From Thermodesulfobacteriota bacterium (lineage in GTDB: Bacteria; Desulfobacterota; Desulfobaccia; Desulfobaccales; 0-14-0-80-60-11): 64,000 bases of DNA. The notes beneath the pieces were generated by a model that had not been told where the DNA came from, ran no database searches, and saw only the letters and a list, made by a program, of their open reading frames with translations. This document shows, piece by piece, positions 21,349 to 29,759 of the stretch. Where the stretch lies: the NCBI GenBank assembly GCA_049322355.1, contig JBMORG010000011.1, forward strand, positions 186,597 through 250,596, given 5' to 3'. Every line of letters starts with the position of its first letter. Positions within the stretch are counted from its first letter, which is position 1. The position numbers and the translations under genes were made by a program.

Positions 21349-21530
21349 TCTCCCTCCCCCTTGATGGGGGAGGGTTGGGGTGAGGGTGAAAGGAATTACT
21401 TTTATGCTCTGAGTAATTGTCCGGAGTGTTGGACTTGTCAGATTAAATCCCCCTTTGCAAAAGGGGGATTTAGGGGGATTTCAAATACTTATAATAATCC
21501 CCCTGCTCCCTCTTAGAAAAAGGGGGGAAA
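21349..21530. repeat. Cluster of CCCTCCCC..GGGTGAGGG and CCCCCTTT..AAAGGGGGATTTAGGGGGATT palindromes
   Basis: Related sequences at 10803, 12004, 36141, 37300 and 43641-43728. Confidence 0.7.
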
Positions 21531-21563
21531 AATGATGGCGGCTTCGCATCTATTTTTAGAGGA

Positions 21564-22343
21564 ATGGGACATTTGATGGCATTACGGAAAAGCAGATTAA
21601 CCATTTTATGGATCATCATGATCACCGGGCTGTGGTTGGGAACAGCACAGGGGGCATCTGAAAAAAACGCGGCCCAGGAACCCTTTGAGCAAGGCCTGAA
21701 CGCTTTGAGCCAGGGCAACCCCACCCAGGCCCTGGAAAAATTTACCGAGGCCATAAAGCTGGACCCGGACATGGCAGAGGCCTACATCAACCGCGGTATC
21801 GCCGAAATGAAGCTGGACCTGTGGGCCGACGCGGTGGGGGACTTCGACAAGGCCCTGGATTTGGTCCCCAACTCTCCAGAGGCCCTCTACAACCGGGGCC
21901 TGGCTTACAGCCGCCAAAAGGTCTTCGACAAGGCCCTGGCGGACTATACCCGAGCCTCGAAATTCTCCCCCAAGGACTGGCAGATTTATTACAACCGGGG
22001 TAACACCTACCTGGACCTGGACCAACCCCAGGAGGCCCTCAAAGACTATAACCAGGCCCTGAAACTGCATCCCCAAGGCCCGGACATCCTGTACAACCGG
22101 AGCCTGGCCTACCTGACCTTGAATCAGCCGGAGCCGGCCCTGGCCGACGCCGATAAAGTAATAGAACTCAATCCCAACTATGCCAGGGCCTTTTTCAGCC
22201 GGGGCCGGGCCCTGGAAAAACTGGGGCAGAAGTACGAGGCCCTGGCTGCCTACCGGCACTTTTTGAAAACCGGCAATCCCGAAACCGACGGCCCCTTGCT
22301 CCAGCAGTCTCTGGGGAGCATTAAGACTCTGGAGGGTAAGTGA
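21564..22343 (+). CDS. Exported tetratricopeptide repeat protein
   Basis: Signal/TM segment and ~6 TPRs (AYINRG, ALYNRG, IYYNRG). Confidence 0.9.
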   Translation: MGHLMALRKSRLTILWIIMITGLWLGTAQGASEKNAAQEPFEQGLNALSQGNPTQALEKFTEAIKLDPDMAEAYINRGIAEMKLDLWADAVGDFDKALDLVPNSPEALYNRGLAYSRQKVFDKALADYTRASKFSPKDWQIYYNRGNTYLDLDQPQEALKDYNQALKLHPQGPDILYNRSLAYLTLNQPEPALADADKVIELNPNYARAFFSRGRALEKLGQKYEALAAYRHFLKTGNPETDGPLLQQSLGSIKTLEGK

Positions 22344-22448
22344 TGGTTTTCGGTTTTCAGTTAAAGTCTTGGGGGTTCCTTTTTTAAATTTTTATTCTTC
22401 GGCTCCCAGGCCGCTGCGATTCAATTAATTTAAACAAGAGAATATCTG

Positions 22449-24020
22449 ATGGTATTGACCGAAAACCGAAAACCGAAAACCCAAAACACCTTCTACATCA
22501 CCACCCCCATCTATTACGTCAACGCCGAGCCCCACATCGGCCATGCCTACACCACTGTGGTGGCCGATGCCCTGGCCCGCTTTCACCGCCTCCTGGGGGA
22601 GGAGGTGCGCTTTCAGACCGGCACCGACGAACACGGCGACAAAGTGCTGGACGCCGCGGCTGCCGCAGGGTTGCCGGTCAAGGAGTTCGTGGACCGCATC
22701 AGCGCCCGTTTCCGCCAGTCCTGGGATGACCTGAACATCAGCTATGACCACTATATCCGCACCACCGACCCGGAGCACGTCCGGGCGGTCCAGGAGGTCT
22801 TAAGCAAGGTGCATGACTCCGGGGACATTTACTTCGGGGAATACGGCGGGCTCTATTGCTTCGGCTGCGAATGCTTTTACCTGGAGCGCGACCTGGAGAA
22901 CGGCCTCTGTCCGGACCACAAGATCGCCCCCACCTTTCTTAAGGAAGAGAACTACTTCTTCCGCATGAGCAAATATCAGGACTGGCTCATTGAACAGATC
23001 GCCAGCTACCCCGACTGGATCCGGCCGGAACGCTTCCGTAACGAGATGCTGGCCTTCCTCAAAGAGCCCCTGGAAGACCTGTGCATCTCCCGGCCCAAAA
23101 GCCGCATGGATTGGGGCATCACCCTGCCCTTCGACGAGCGCTACGTCACCTACGTCTGGTTCGACGCGCTCATCAACTACCTCACCGGCCTGGGCTACCC
23201 CGAAAGTGAGGCTTATAAAAAATTCTGGCCTGCCCAGCATCTCATCGCCAAGGATATCCTCAAGCCCCATGCCATTTATTGGCCCACCATGCTCAAGGCC
23301 ATGGGGGTGGAACCCTTCCGCAATCTCAACGTCCACGGCTACTGGCAGATGGCGGCAGGCAAGATGTCCAAGAGCTTGGGAAACGTGGTGGAACCCAGGC
23401 CTTTGGCCGAGCGTTTCGGCGTCGATCAGATCCGCTATTTCTTTCTCCGGGAAATGGTCTTCGGCCTGGACGCCCATTTCAGTGAGGAAGCCTTGACCGC
23501 CCGGATCAACGCCGACCTGGCCAACGACCTGGGCAACCTTTTCGCCCGCAGCCTGGGTATGGCCTTCAAGTACCGCCAAGGTGTGGTGCCTGCCCCCAAC
23601 GTGCCCAATTCCCTGGATCAGGAGGTCGTCACTGCGGTGCAGGCCATGGCCGCGGATTTCCTGCGCCTGTTTCCTAATCTGGAATTTGCCAAGGCCCTGG
23701 CCGGCCTCTGGGAATTCATCGGCCTGCTCAACCGTTACATCGTGAGTTCGGCCCCCTGGGAACTGGCTAAACAGCCCGAAGCCGCGGGGCGGTTGGACAC
23801 GGTCTTGTATCACCTGTTGGAAGGCCTGCGCTGGATCGCGGCGCTGCTGCGTCCGGTGATGCCTGCCAGCGCCCTCAAGATGAGCGAGCAACTGGGCCTG
23901 GGTCTGGCCTTGTGGGATCACCCCCTGCCCCAGGCGCTGACGTGGGGCCGCCTGACGCCCGGCAGCCGCCTGGCCAAGGGTCCAGCCCTGTTTCCCCGGA
24001 TAGAGACCGAAGCAAAGTGA
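22449..24020 (+). CDS. metG: Methionine--tRNA ligase (short form, no C-terminal tRNA-binding domain)
   Basis: FYITTPIYYVNAEPHIGHAY, GTDEHG, YVWFDALINY, KMSKS, LFPRIE. Confidence 0.97.
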   Translation: MVLTENRKPKTQNTFYITTPIYYVNAEPHIGHAYTTVVADALARFHRLLGEEVRFQTGTDEHGDKVLDAAAAAGLPVKEFVDRISARFRQSWDDLNISYDHYIRTTDPEHVRAVQEVLSKVHDSGDIYFGEYGGLYCFGCECFYLERDLENGLCPDHKIAPTFLKEENYFFRMSKYQDWLIEQIASYPDWIRPERFRNEMLAFLKEPLEDLCISRPKSRMDWGITLPFDERYVTYVWFDALINYLTGLGYPESEAYKKFWPAQHLIAKDILKPHAIYWPTMLKAMGVEPFRNLNVHGYWQMAAGKMSKSLGNVVEPRPLAERFGVDQIRYFFLREMVFGLDAHFSEEALTARINADLANDLGNLFARSLGMAFKYRQGVVPAPNVPNSLDQEVVTAVQAMAADFLRLFPNLEFAKALAGLWEFIGLLNRYIVSSAPWELAKQPEAAGRLDTVLYHLLEGLRWIAALLRPVMPASALKMSEQLGLGLALWDHPLPQALTWGRLTPGSRLAKGPALFPRIETEAK

Positions 24021-24178
24021 TTTTTCTGGGGAAGGGGACCAGGGCCGACGGCCCTGCCCCCTTCCCCAACCCCTATAATAGAAAAGTAAATTCTGTTTTC
24101 TTCTCCTGCCTATCATCTTATAACAATGGACAAATCTTTTAATTTCTGGCAATATAGGAACAAAAATGGCAGAGAGCT

Positions 24179-25270
24179 ATGCGCCTGCGTCTGACCAAAA
24201 TTGATGAATTCCAATTCCTTACTTGTCTCAAGCATGAGGTTTGGGGAAGCAAGAAAGCTCGTTTTAAAGAATGGAAGGAAGGGGATTACCTTGCATTTAT
24301 AGTGGATAAGGCTATTGCCGGACTTGCAAAGGTTTCTGGTAATCCTCTTTTTTCTGATGAAATAATTTGGGACAACGGCTTATATCCTCATCGCATTCCT
24401 ATAACCTTTCTCCATGCAATGCTTCCACAGAACCGTCCCCCGATCTTAGGAGAAATTCGCGATGCTTTAACATCAGAATGGGGGTTGGGGTATGGTTGGG
24501 GAATTGTTAATCAATTTGTTCTTCCAGAAAAATCAACTAATACTATCGTAAGTGCAATTACTTCACATAAAAATGATTTATCAGATTTAAATTCTAATAT
24601 TGAATTATATTTAGCTGAAGCTGATCAAATTCGCAAAAAGGGAAAGACAAAAACAATTAAGAAAAAAGAAATTAAGGATATAACTAATATTCAAATTGAA
24701 CCAATGGAACCATCTACCTCGATTCAAGAAGACGAATCGGCACATTCAAAAGTTCAAAAAGCTCTCATAAGATTAGGCAAAATTACAGGATGCTCCGTTT
24801 GGATAGCTTTAAATGATCGTAACCGTAATTTTCAAGGAAAACCGTTAAGCGATGGATGCCTAACATCACTTCCAAATCTCGGGTTAAGTGAAGAGGCTGT
24901 AAAAAGAATATCGCTTATCGATATAATATGGATTAAACAAAATGCTCCAGTTTGTGCTTTTGAGGTCGAAACAACAACCTCAATATATTCTGGTCTACTC
25001 AGAATGTCAGATTTACTATCTGTTGTACCTGCCTTGAATATCAAGCTATTTATAATTGCTCCCAAAGAACGCCAAGGAAAAGTATTGGCTGAGCTATCTC
25101 GTCCGACATTTCAAAAAATTGGCCTCAGCGATTTCTGCCGATATCTTCCATCTGAGGAATTAGAGTCGTTAGTTGAGAAAGTTAAAGGTTTTCATGGACA
25201 TGTGCAGCCTAGCATTTTAGATGCCATAGCTTTAGGATTAGAAGAACCAATAAAAGGCTCATTAGAATAA
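24179..25270 (+). CDS. EVE/PUA-like domain + PD-(D/E)XK-type nuclease, putative modification-dependent restriction enzyme
   Basis: N-terminal VWG..KEGDYLAF..IAGLAKVS..IW..YPHRI; C-terminal H..Q..LG...IDIIW..AFEVETTTSIYSGLLRMSDL; visibly AT-rich. Confidence 0.7.
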   Translation: MRLRLTKIDEFQFLTCLKHEVWGSKKARFKEWKEGDYLAFIVDKAIAGLAKVSGNPLFSDEIIWDNGLYPHRIPITFLHAMLPQNRPPILGEIRDALTSEWGLGYGWGIVNQFVLPEKSTNTIVSAITSHKNDLSDLNSNIELYLAEADQIRKKGKTKTIKKKEIKDITNIQIEPMEPSTSIQEDESAHSKVQKALIRLGKITGCSVWIALNDRNRNFQGKPLSDGCLTSLPNLGLSEEAVKRISLIDIIWIKQNAPVCAFEVETTTSIYSGLLRMSDLLSVVPALNIKLFIIAPKERQGKVLAELSRPTFQKIGLSDFCRYLPSEELESLVEKVKGFHGHVQPSILDAIALGLEEPIKGSLE

Positions 25271-25276
25271 CCATTC

Positions 25277-25831
25277 ATGACAATTACGCCTCTTCTGAGG
25301 ATTGTTGCATTTATCGCCCTGCTTACGGGCTGTGCCGGGGCCCCGCCGCCGCCACCGCCGCTGGGTCCCATTGCCCCGCTCCCCGCAGTGGGGCGCAACC
25401 CCCGGGAGGTCGCCATGGAACAGGCCCTGGGCGATTTCCATGGCGCTCCCTACCGCGCCGGGGGGACCACCCCGGAAGGGGTGGATTGCTCCGGATTGGT
25501 CCAGGCCTTGTTTCAACGGGCCGGGGTACGGGTGCCCCGGACTGTGGCCCAGCAGTTTCAAGAGGGCAGAACGGTGGAAAGGAATGAACTGCGATTTGGT
25601 GACGTGGTCTTCTTCAACCGCTACTGCCAGACCCGGGGCCGGGACTTTTTTCTCGCCGGCATACTCTCTTCCCCGGCCTTTGCCGACGAAGTTTGCCACG
25701 ATGGCGTCTATTTGGGCGGCGGCCGCTTCATTCACGCCTCCCCCAAGGGGGTGTTTATCAGCCGCTTGGACGCGGAGGTTTGGCGGGTTTCTTATCGCGG
25801 GGCCCGGCGCTACCTCCCTGACGGGAATTAA
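25277..25831 (+). CDS. NlpC/P60 (C40) peptidase lipoprotein
   Basis: Lipobox LLTGC, PYRAGG..GVDCSGL, HDGVYLGGGRFIHAS. Confidence 0.9.
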   Translation: MTITPLLRIVAFIALLTGCAGAPPPPPPLGPIAPLPAVGRNPREVAMEQALGDFHGAPYRAGGTTPEGVDCSGLVQALFQRAGVRVPRTVAQQFQEGRTVERNELRFGDVVFFNRYCQTRGRDFFLAGILSSPAFADEVCHDGVYLGGGRFIHASPKGVFISRLDAEVWRVSYRGARRYLPDGN

Positions 25832-25877
25832 TCTAAGAACAGCGGCATAATTCATGAAGAAATGTTAGGAATCTCTC

Positions 25878-25970
25878 TTTGTCATTCTGAGCCGCCGTAG
25901 GTGGCGAAGAATCTCCTTCCTGCAAACAAGAGACCCTTCGTGTGCGGCTCAGGGTGACAGAAAGGGCGCC
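25878..25970. repeat. GTCATTCTGAG..CTCAGGGTGAC palindromic repeat
   Basis: Same family as the cargo at 21194, 37389, 49242 and 55818. Confidence 0.7.
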
Positions 25971-26037
25971 GCTAATTGATATGAATAAGTCCAATTACTT
26001 AAGAGGCTGCGATAAACTCTCGACTCTGGAGGCCTTC

Positions 26038-26559
26038 ATGGGAAGAATTAAGCACCGATTACTGCTGTGGCTGGGCTTGTTTCTGTGGCTTGGGTTATTC
26101 CTCAATGTTTCGCCGGTTCAAGGGCAACCCGGTTTTCTCAGCGATTATACCTTCGGCTTCTGGGGAAACGCCCGGGAAGACAGCCGGCTTAACCGGGAAG
26201 ATATTATCGCCCGGGAGGGTTACTGCCCCACCGGCGGCTGCGTTCTCCGCCTGGACCGCGTTGAGGTGAAGCCCAACCGGTCCCGGAGGGGCGATACCCT
26301 GCTATTGAGCACCACCTACACCATTCTTACCCCGGAGCAGGTGGCCCTGCCGGTGGCCATTACCCGGGAGATTTTCTATCAGGGCAAATCTTTAGGAAGA
26401 ACCAAAAGCATTGAAACTAGGCGTCTTAACGGCACCTGGACCCAGGACATCGATTTCACCCTGCCGCCCAATGCCGCCCCCGGCATTTATAAGCTCACCA
26501 CCCTCATTACCACGGGCTACGGCTCGGCTCAGGATACCACGGAGTTTCAGGTGGATTAA
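26038..26559 (+). CDS. Exported hypothetical protein with an Ig-like beta-sandwich C-terminus
   Basis: GGAGG RBS, signal peptide, FTLPPNAAPGIYKL..TEFQVD. Confidence 0.7.
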   Translation: MGRIKHRLLLWLGLFLWLGLFLNVSPVQGQPGFLSDYTFGFWGNAREDSRLNREDIIAREGYCPTGGCVLRLDRVEVKPNRSRRGDTLLLSTTYTILTPEQVALPVAITREIFYQGKSLGRTKSIETRRLNGTWTQDIDFTLPPNAAPGIYKLTTLITTGYGSAQDTTEFQVD

Positions 26560-26693
26560 ACGGTTTTCTGTTTTCGGTTTCCTTGTAATGTAGGGTGCGT
26601 CCTACGAGCCATTTTTGGCGCGTAAGACGCCCCCTGCGAAGGTTATTTTCAGGCCACGATTCAATAACTGAAAACCGAAATCCGAAAACTATA

Positions 26694-26954
26694 TCAACCG
26701 TACAGCCGCACTGCCTCACCCAGTGGCTTAAGACTCCTGGCGGCCTCCATCTGGGCCACCAGCAAACTGATACGTCCGCATCCCTGGGTGACAAGGAAGT
26801 GCCAGGCGTCCTCCACGGCGAAAAAGCCTTGTTCCTGCCCCACCACAGCCACTTGGTCCGCGGGCTGTCCCAGGGCCCTGGCCGCGGGGGCGGGGTCGAA
26901 ATCCTCCGGCAGCTCGACATCGCCCACCAGGTACACAATCAAGCCATTTTTCAT
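26694..26954 (-). CDS. 86-aa hypothetical protein downstream of a cobalamin riboswitch
   Basis: GGAGGA RBS + ATG; the only ORF in the riboswitch-controlled unit. Confidence 0.75.
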   Translation of the reverse strand: MKNGLIVYLVGDVELPEDFDPAPAARALGQPADQVAVVGQEQGFFAVEDAWHFLVTQGCGRISLLVAQMEAARSLKPLGEAVRLYG

Positions 26955-27027
26955 CCGATCCTCCAGTGCTGCAAGATTTTAGGAGACCAAGCCTCCCGGG
27001 AGCCGAGACGCCCCCCTGGCCGGCGCC

Positions 27028-27060
27028 AAAAAAAAACCCCGGGTCTGAATAGACCCAGGG
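27028..27060 (-). terminator. Intrinsic terminator in the riboswitch expression platform
   Basis: Minus strand CCCTGGGTCT-ATTC-AGACCCGGGG followed by a T9 tract. Confidence 0.8.
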
Positions 27061-27150
27061 ATGCACCCAGCTTTCTTAGTCCCAGGGGGGCCCGCAGGCA
27101 CGGGGCCTCGGGCCAGCCAGCCGTCCCCTCCTCGGGGCACGGCGGGCCAA

Positions 27151-27316
27151 CCAGACGGGCAGGTCTTCTGACTTCCGGATCCGCCTAATCCCTACGCCTT
27201 CCCATTGCCTTGATCAGGCAACAGTGGCACTTGCAGGTTTCGTCCCCGGATACAGCGGCGGGACCGTGCCGGATTCACACCGGCTTCCCTCTTAGACCCT
27301 CACGGGCACCCATCGG
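27151..27316 (-). ncRNA. Cobalamin (B12) riboswitch
   Basis: Minus strand GGTGCCC..AAGAGGGAAGCCGGTGTGAATCCGGCACGGTCCCGCCGCTGT..GCCACTG..GGGAAGGC..AAGTCAGAAGACCTGCC. Confidence 0.95.
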
Positions 27317-27328
27317 CTCTTGGGGAAA

Positions 27329-27357
27329 AGCATAAGAAAATGCCTCTCGAGTGTCAA
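27329..27357 (-). promoter_or_regulatory. Sigma70-type promoter for the riboswitch leader
   Basis: TTGACA-17 nt-TATGCT on the minus strand, just upstream of the aptamer. Confidence 0.75.
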
Positions 27358-27428
27358 GGATAAAAAAATTCTGAAACCGGCCCGCTCAATAAGTTATAAT
27401 TTAATTACTACGTTCATTTGGAGATACA

Positions 27429-28394
27429 TTGCCGGGACCCATCAATTACCTGCGGATTTCTATCACCGATCGCTGCAATCTCCGCTGTTTCTATTGCACC
27501 TCCTGGGGGGATTGGCAGAAACTGCCGTGCCAGGAGATTCTGCGCTATGAAGAGCTGCTGCGCCTGGCCGGGGTGGCAGCGGCTGCGGGCATTCGCAAGA
27601 TTAGGGTCACCGGCGGCGAACCCCTGATGCGCCGGGGCGCCCTAGATTTCATCCGGCGTTTGCGCCAGGTTCCCGGCATTCAGGAAGTCTGCCTCACCAC
27701 CAACGGCGTCCGCCTGATGGAGCTGGCCGCGGACCTCTACGCCACCGGTTTGCGCCACCTCAATCTTAGCCTGGATACCCTGCGCCGGGACCGCTTCCGG
27801 GAGTTCACCGGCGGAGACCACTTCGGGGATGTGATGACCGGCATAGAAGTGGCCTCAGCCCTGGGATTTTCTCCCATAAAAATCAACTGTGTAGTCCTGA
27901 AAGGCCTTAATGACGACGAACTTCTGGACTTTGCCCTCCTGACCCGGGAACATCCCTTTCAGGTGCGCTTCATCGAATTTATGCCTACAGTGGATGAGAC
28001 CCGCTGGCGCCGCCATTTCCTGCCCATAGACGAGGTCCGTAGACGCCTGGCCAGGCTGGGCCCCCTGGAAGCCGTTACCCCGCCCGCCACCGCCGGCCCC
28101 GCCCGGACATTCCGGGTACCAGGGTTCAAAGGAGAGTTGGGCTTTATCAGCTCTGTCAGCGATCATCACTGCCCCACCTGCAACCGTCTGCGTCTAACCG
28201 CAGCCGGCATGCTGCGGCCGTGTCTCTTTGCCGCGCCGGAACTGGACCTGAAGACGCCGCTGCGCCAAGGCGCGTCCGACGAAACCCTGGCCAGTCTTTT
28301 TCAGGAAGCCATCCGCTTAAAAGGCTGCGTCTCACCCGCTCCTGCACTTGCTTCCGCTGCTCGCGGCCGGGCCATGGTGAGCATCGGCGGCTAA
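27429..28394 (+). CDS. moaA: GTP 3',8-cyclase MoaA
   Basis: INYLRISITDRCNLRCFYC, TGGEP, CPTCNRLRLT..LRPCL, MVSIGG. Confidence 0.95.
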   Translation: MPGPINYLRISITDRCNLRCFYCTSWGDWQKLPCQEILRYEELLRLAGVAAAAGIRKIRVTGGEPLMRRGALDFIRRLRQVPGIQEVCLTTNGVRLMELAADLYATGLRHLNLSLDTLRRDRFREFTGGDHFGDVMTGIEVASALGFSPIKINCVVLKGLNDDELLDFALLTREHPFQVRFIEFMPTVDETRWRRHFLPIDEVRRRLARLGPLEAVTPPATAGPARTFRVPGFKGELGFISSVSDHHCPTCNRLRLTAAGMLRPCLFAAPELDLKTPLRQGASDETLASLFQEAIRLKGCVSPAPALASAARGRAMVSIGG

Positions 28395-28501
28395 TCCCGA
28401 CGGCTACTTCTTTTTTTTCGAATTTTCCAGCACGAAATAATTAACGTTTTCTGCGACCTAAGAGTATATTAACAAGATACTAATGCAGGAGAGTTGCTCG
28501 T

Positions 28502-29191
28502 ATGAAGCTGAGTATCGTCATGCCGATTTACAATGAAAAAGATACGTTGGAAGAAATCTTTCGCCTGGTTCAGGCGACTCATTACGACAAAGAGATCATC
28601 GCGGTGGATGACGCCTCCACCGATGGCTCCCGGGATATCCTGGACCGCCTGGCCCAACAATATGAGAATGTCAAGACCTTTTACCACCAGGTCAACCAGG
28701 GAAAGGGGGCCGCGCTGCGCACCGGCTTTGCCCAGGTGACCGGTGATGTAGTCATCATCCAGGACGCCGACCTGGAATACCGCCCCGCAGATTACCCCTT
28801 TTTGCTGGAACCCATCGAACAGGACGTAGCCGACGTGGTTTACGGCACCCGCTTGGTGGGCGGCCGGCCCCACCGGGTCCTGTTTTTCTGGCATTATATG
28901 GGCAACAAGATGGTGACCACTCTGTCCAATATGTTCACCAATCTCAATCTGTCAGACATGGAAGTGGGCTATAAGGTTTTCAAGGCCGAGGTTTTGAAGG
29001 GGATTCAAATAAAATGCAACCGCTTCGGAGTGGAGCCTGAGCTTACCGCCAAGATCGCCAAGAAACGCTGGCGCATTTACGAGGTCCCCATCCAGTATCA
29101 TGGCCGGGATTATGCCGCAGGGAAAAAGATCACCTGGAGAGACGGAATTGCCGCTGTCTACCATATCCTCCGGTTTAGATTTACCGATTGA
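28502..29191 (+). CDS. GT2 polyprenol-phosphate glycosyltransferase
   Basis: SIVMPIYNE, VDDASTDGS, NQGKGAA, IQDADLEY, FGVEPE, GKKITWRDG. Confidence 0.9.
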   Translation: MKLSIVMPIYNEKDTLEEIFRLVQATHYDKEIIAVDDASTDGSRDILDRLAQQYENVKTFYHQVNQGKGAALRTGFAQVTGDVVIIQDADLEYRPADYPFLLEPIEQDVADVVYGTRLVGGRPHRVLFFWHYMGNKMVTTLSNMFTNLNLSDMEVGYKVFKAEVLKGIQIKCNRFGVEPELTAKIAKKRWRIYEVPIQYHGRDYAAGKKITWRDGIAAVYHILRFRFTD

Positions 29192-29228
29192 GCGGAACCA
29201 GCCAACTTTTTAGCTTCAGGATATTTTT

Positions 29229-29759
29229 GTGGTTTTTACCGAAAACCGAAAACCGAGAACCGAGAACCGTCTTTTATGGCTCTGGCTGGTGAGGTTAATC
29301 CTCGCTCTCTGGGGGCTGCAAGTCTTGTGGTTGTTCTGGCACTTTGGGCCGGAGGCTGGCGAAGTGGCCCGGAGAGCGGCCCACGGCAACATAGGGGCCG
29401 CCATCCGCCAGGAAGACCCGCTGTACCGCTGGGCCACCGCACTCAAGGTCGTCATTCCAGAGAACGCCGCCTATGTTTTTCTGGATGATTACGCCGCGGG
29501 CAAGGAAATCGAGGTCCGCTACTATATGGCGCCCCGGCGCCACATCTTGATGTCACCGGAAGTGCCGGCCAGTTTTCTCTTCTCTAGGCTGCACCAGGAG
29601 AACGCCTCTTTTCTACTTCTGCGGGAGTCGGCGCAGTCTTTGGGACCCGGGGTTCAGGCTGCCCTTCAAAGTCCAGCCTTTCACCGGCTAAACCTGCCGG
29701 GCCCAGGCCAAGTCTTTCGGGTGGACGCAAAGCTTTTGCACTGGGGCTTTTATGATTGA
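29229..29759 (+). CDS. Membrane-anchored hypothetical protein
   Basis: N-terminal TM helix; overlaps the next gene; start uncertain because of GAAAACC repeats. Confidence 0.65.
   Translation: MVFTENRKPRTENRLLWLWLVRLILALWGLQVLWLFWHFGPEAGEVARRAAHGNIGAAIRQEDPLYRWATALKVVIPENAAYVFLDDYAAGKEIEVRYYMAPRRHILMSPEVPASFLFSRLHQENASFLLLRESAQSLGPGVQAALQSPAFHRLNLPGPGQVFRVDAKLLHWGFYD

Noticed and set aside
22800-24152. 450-aa minus-strand ORF (and similar long antisense ORFs over gyrA, livK, pfkA and the kinase)
   Set aside because: Shadow ORFs opposite well-supported genes, expected from high GC3 codon bias; no recognisable motifs
25942-26037. Upstream start for the 26559-ending ORF, and short ORFs at 21328, 37293, 37459 and 43677
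   Set aside because: They begin in or consist of palindromic repeat elements; ATG 26038 has a GGAGG RBS and a signal peptide
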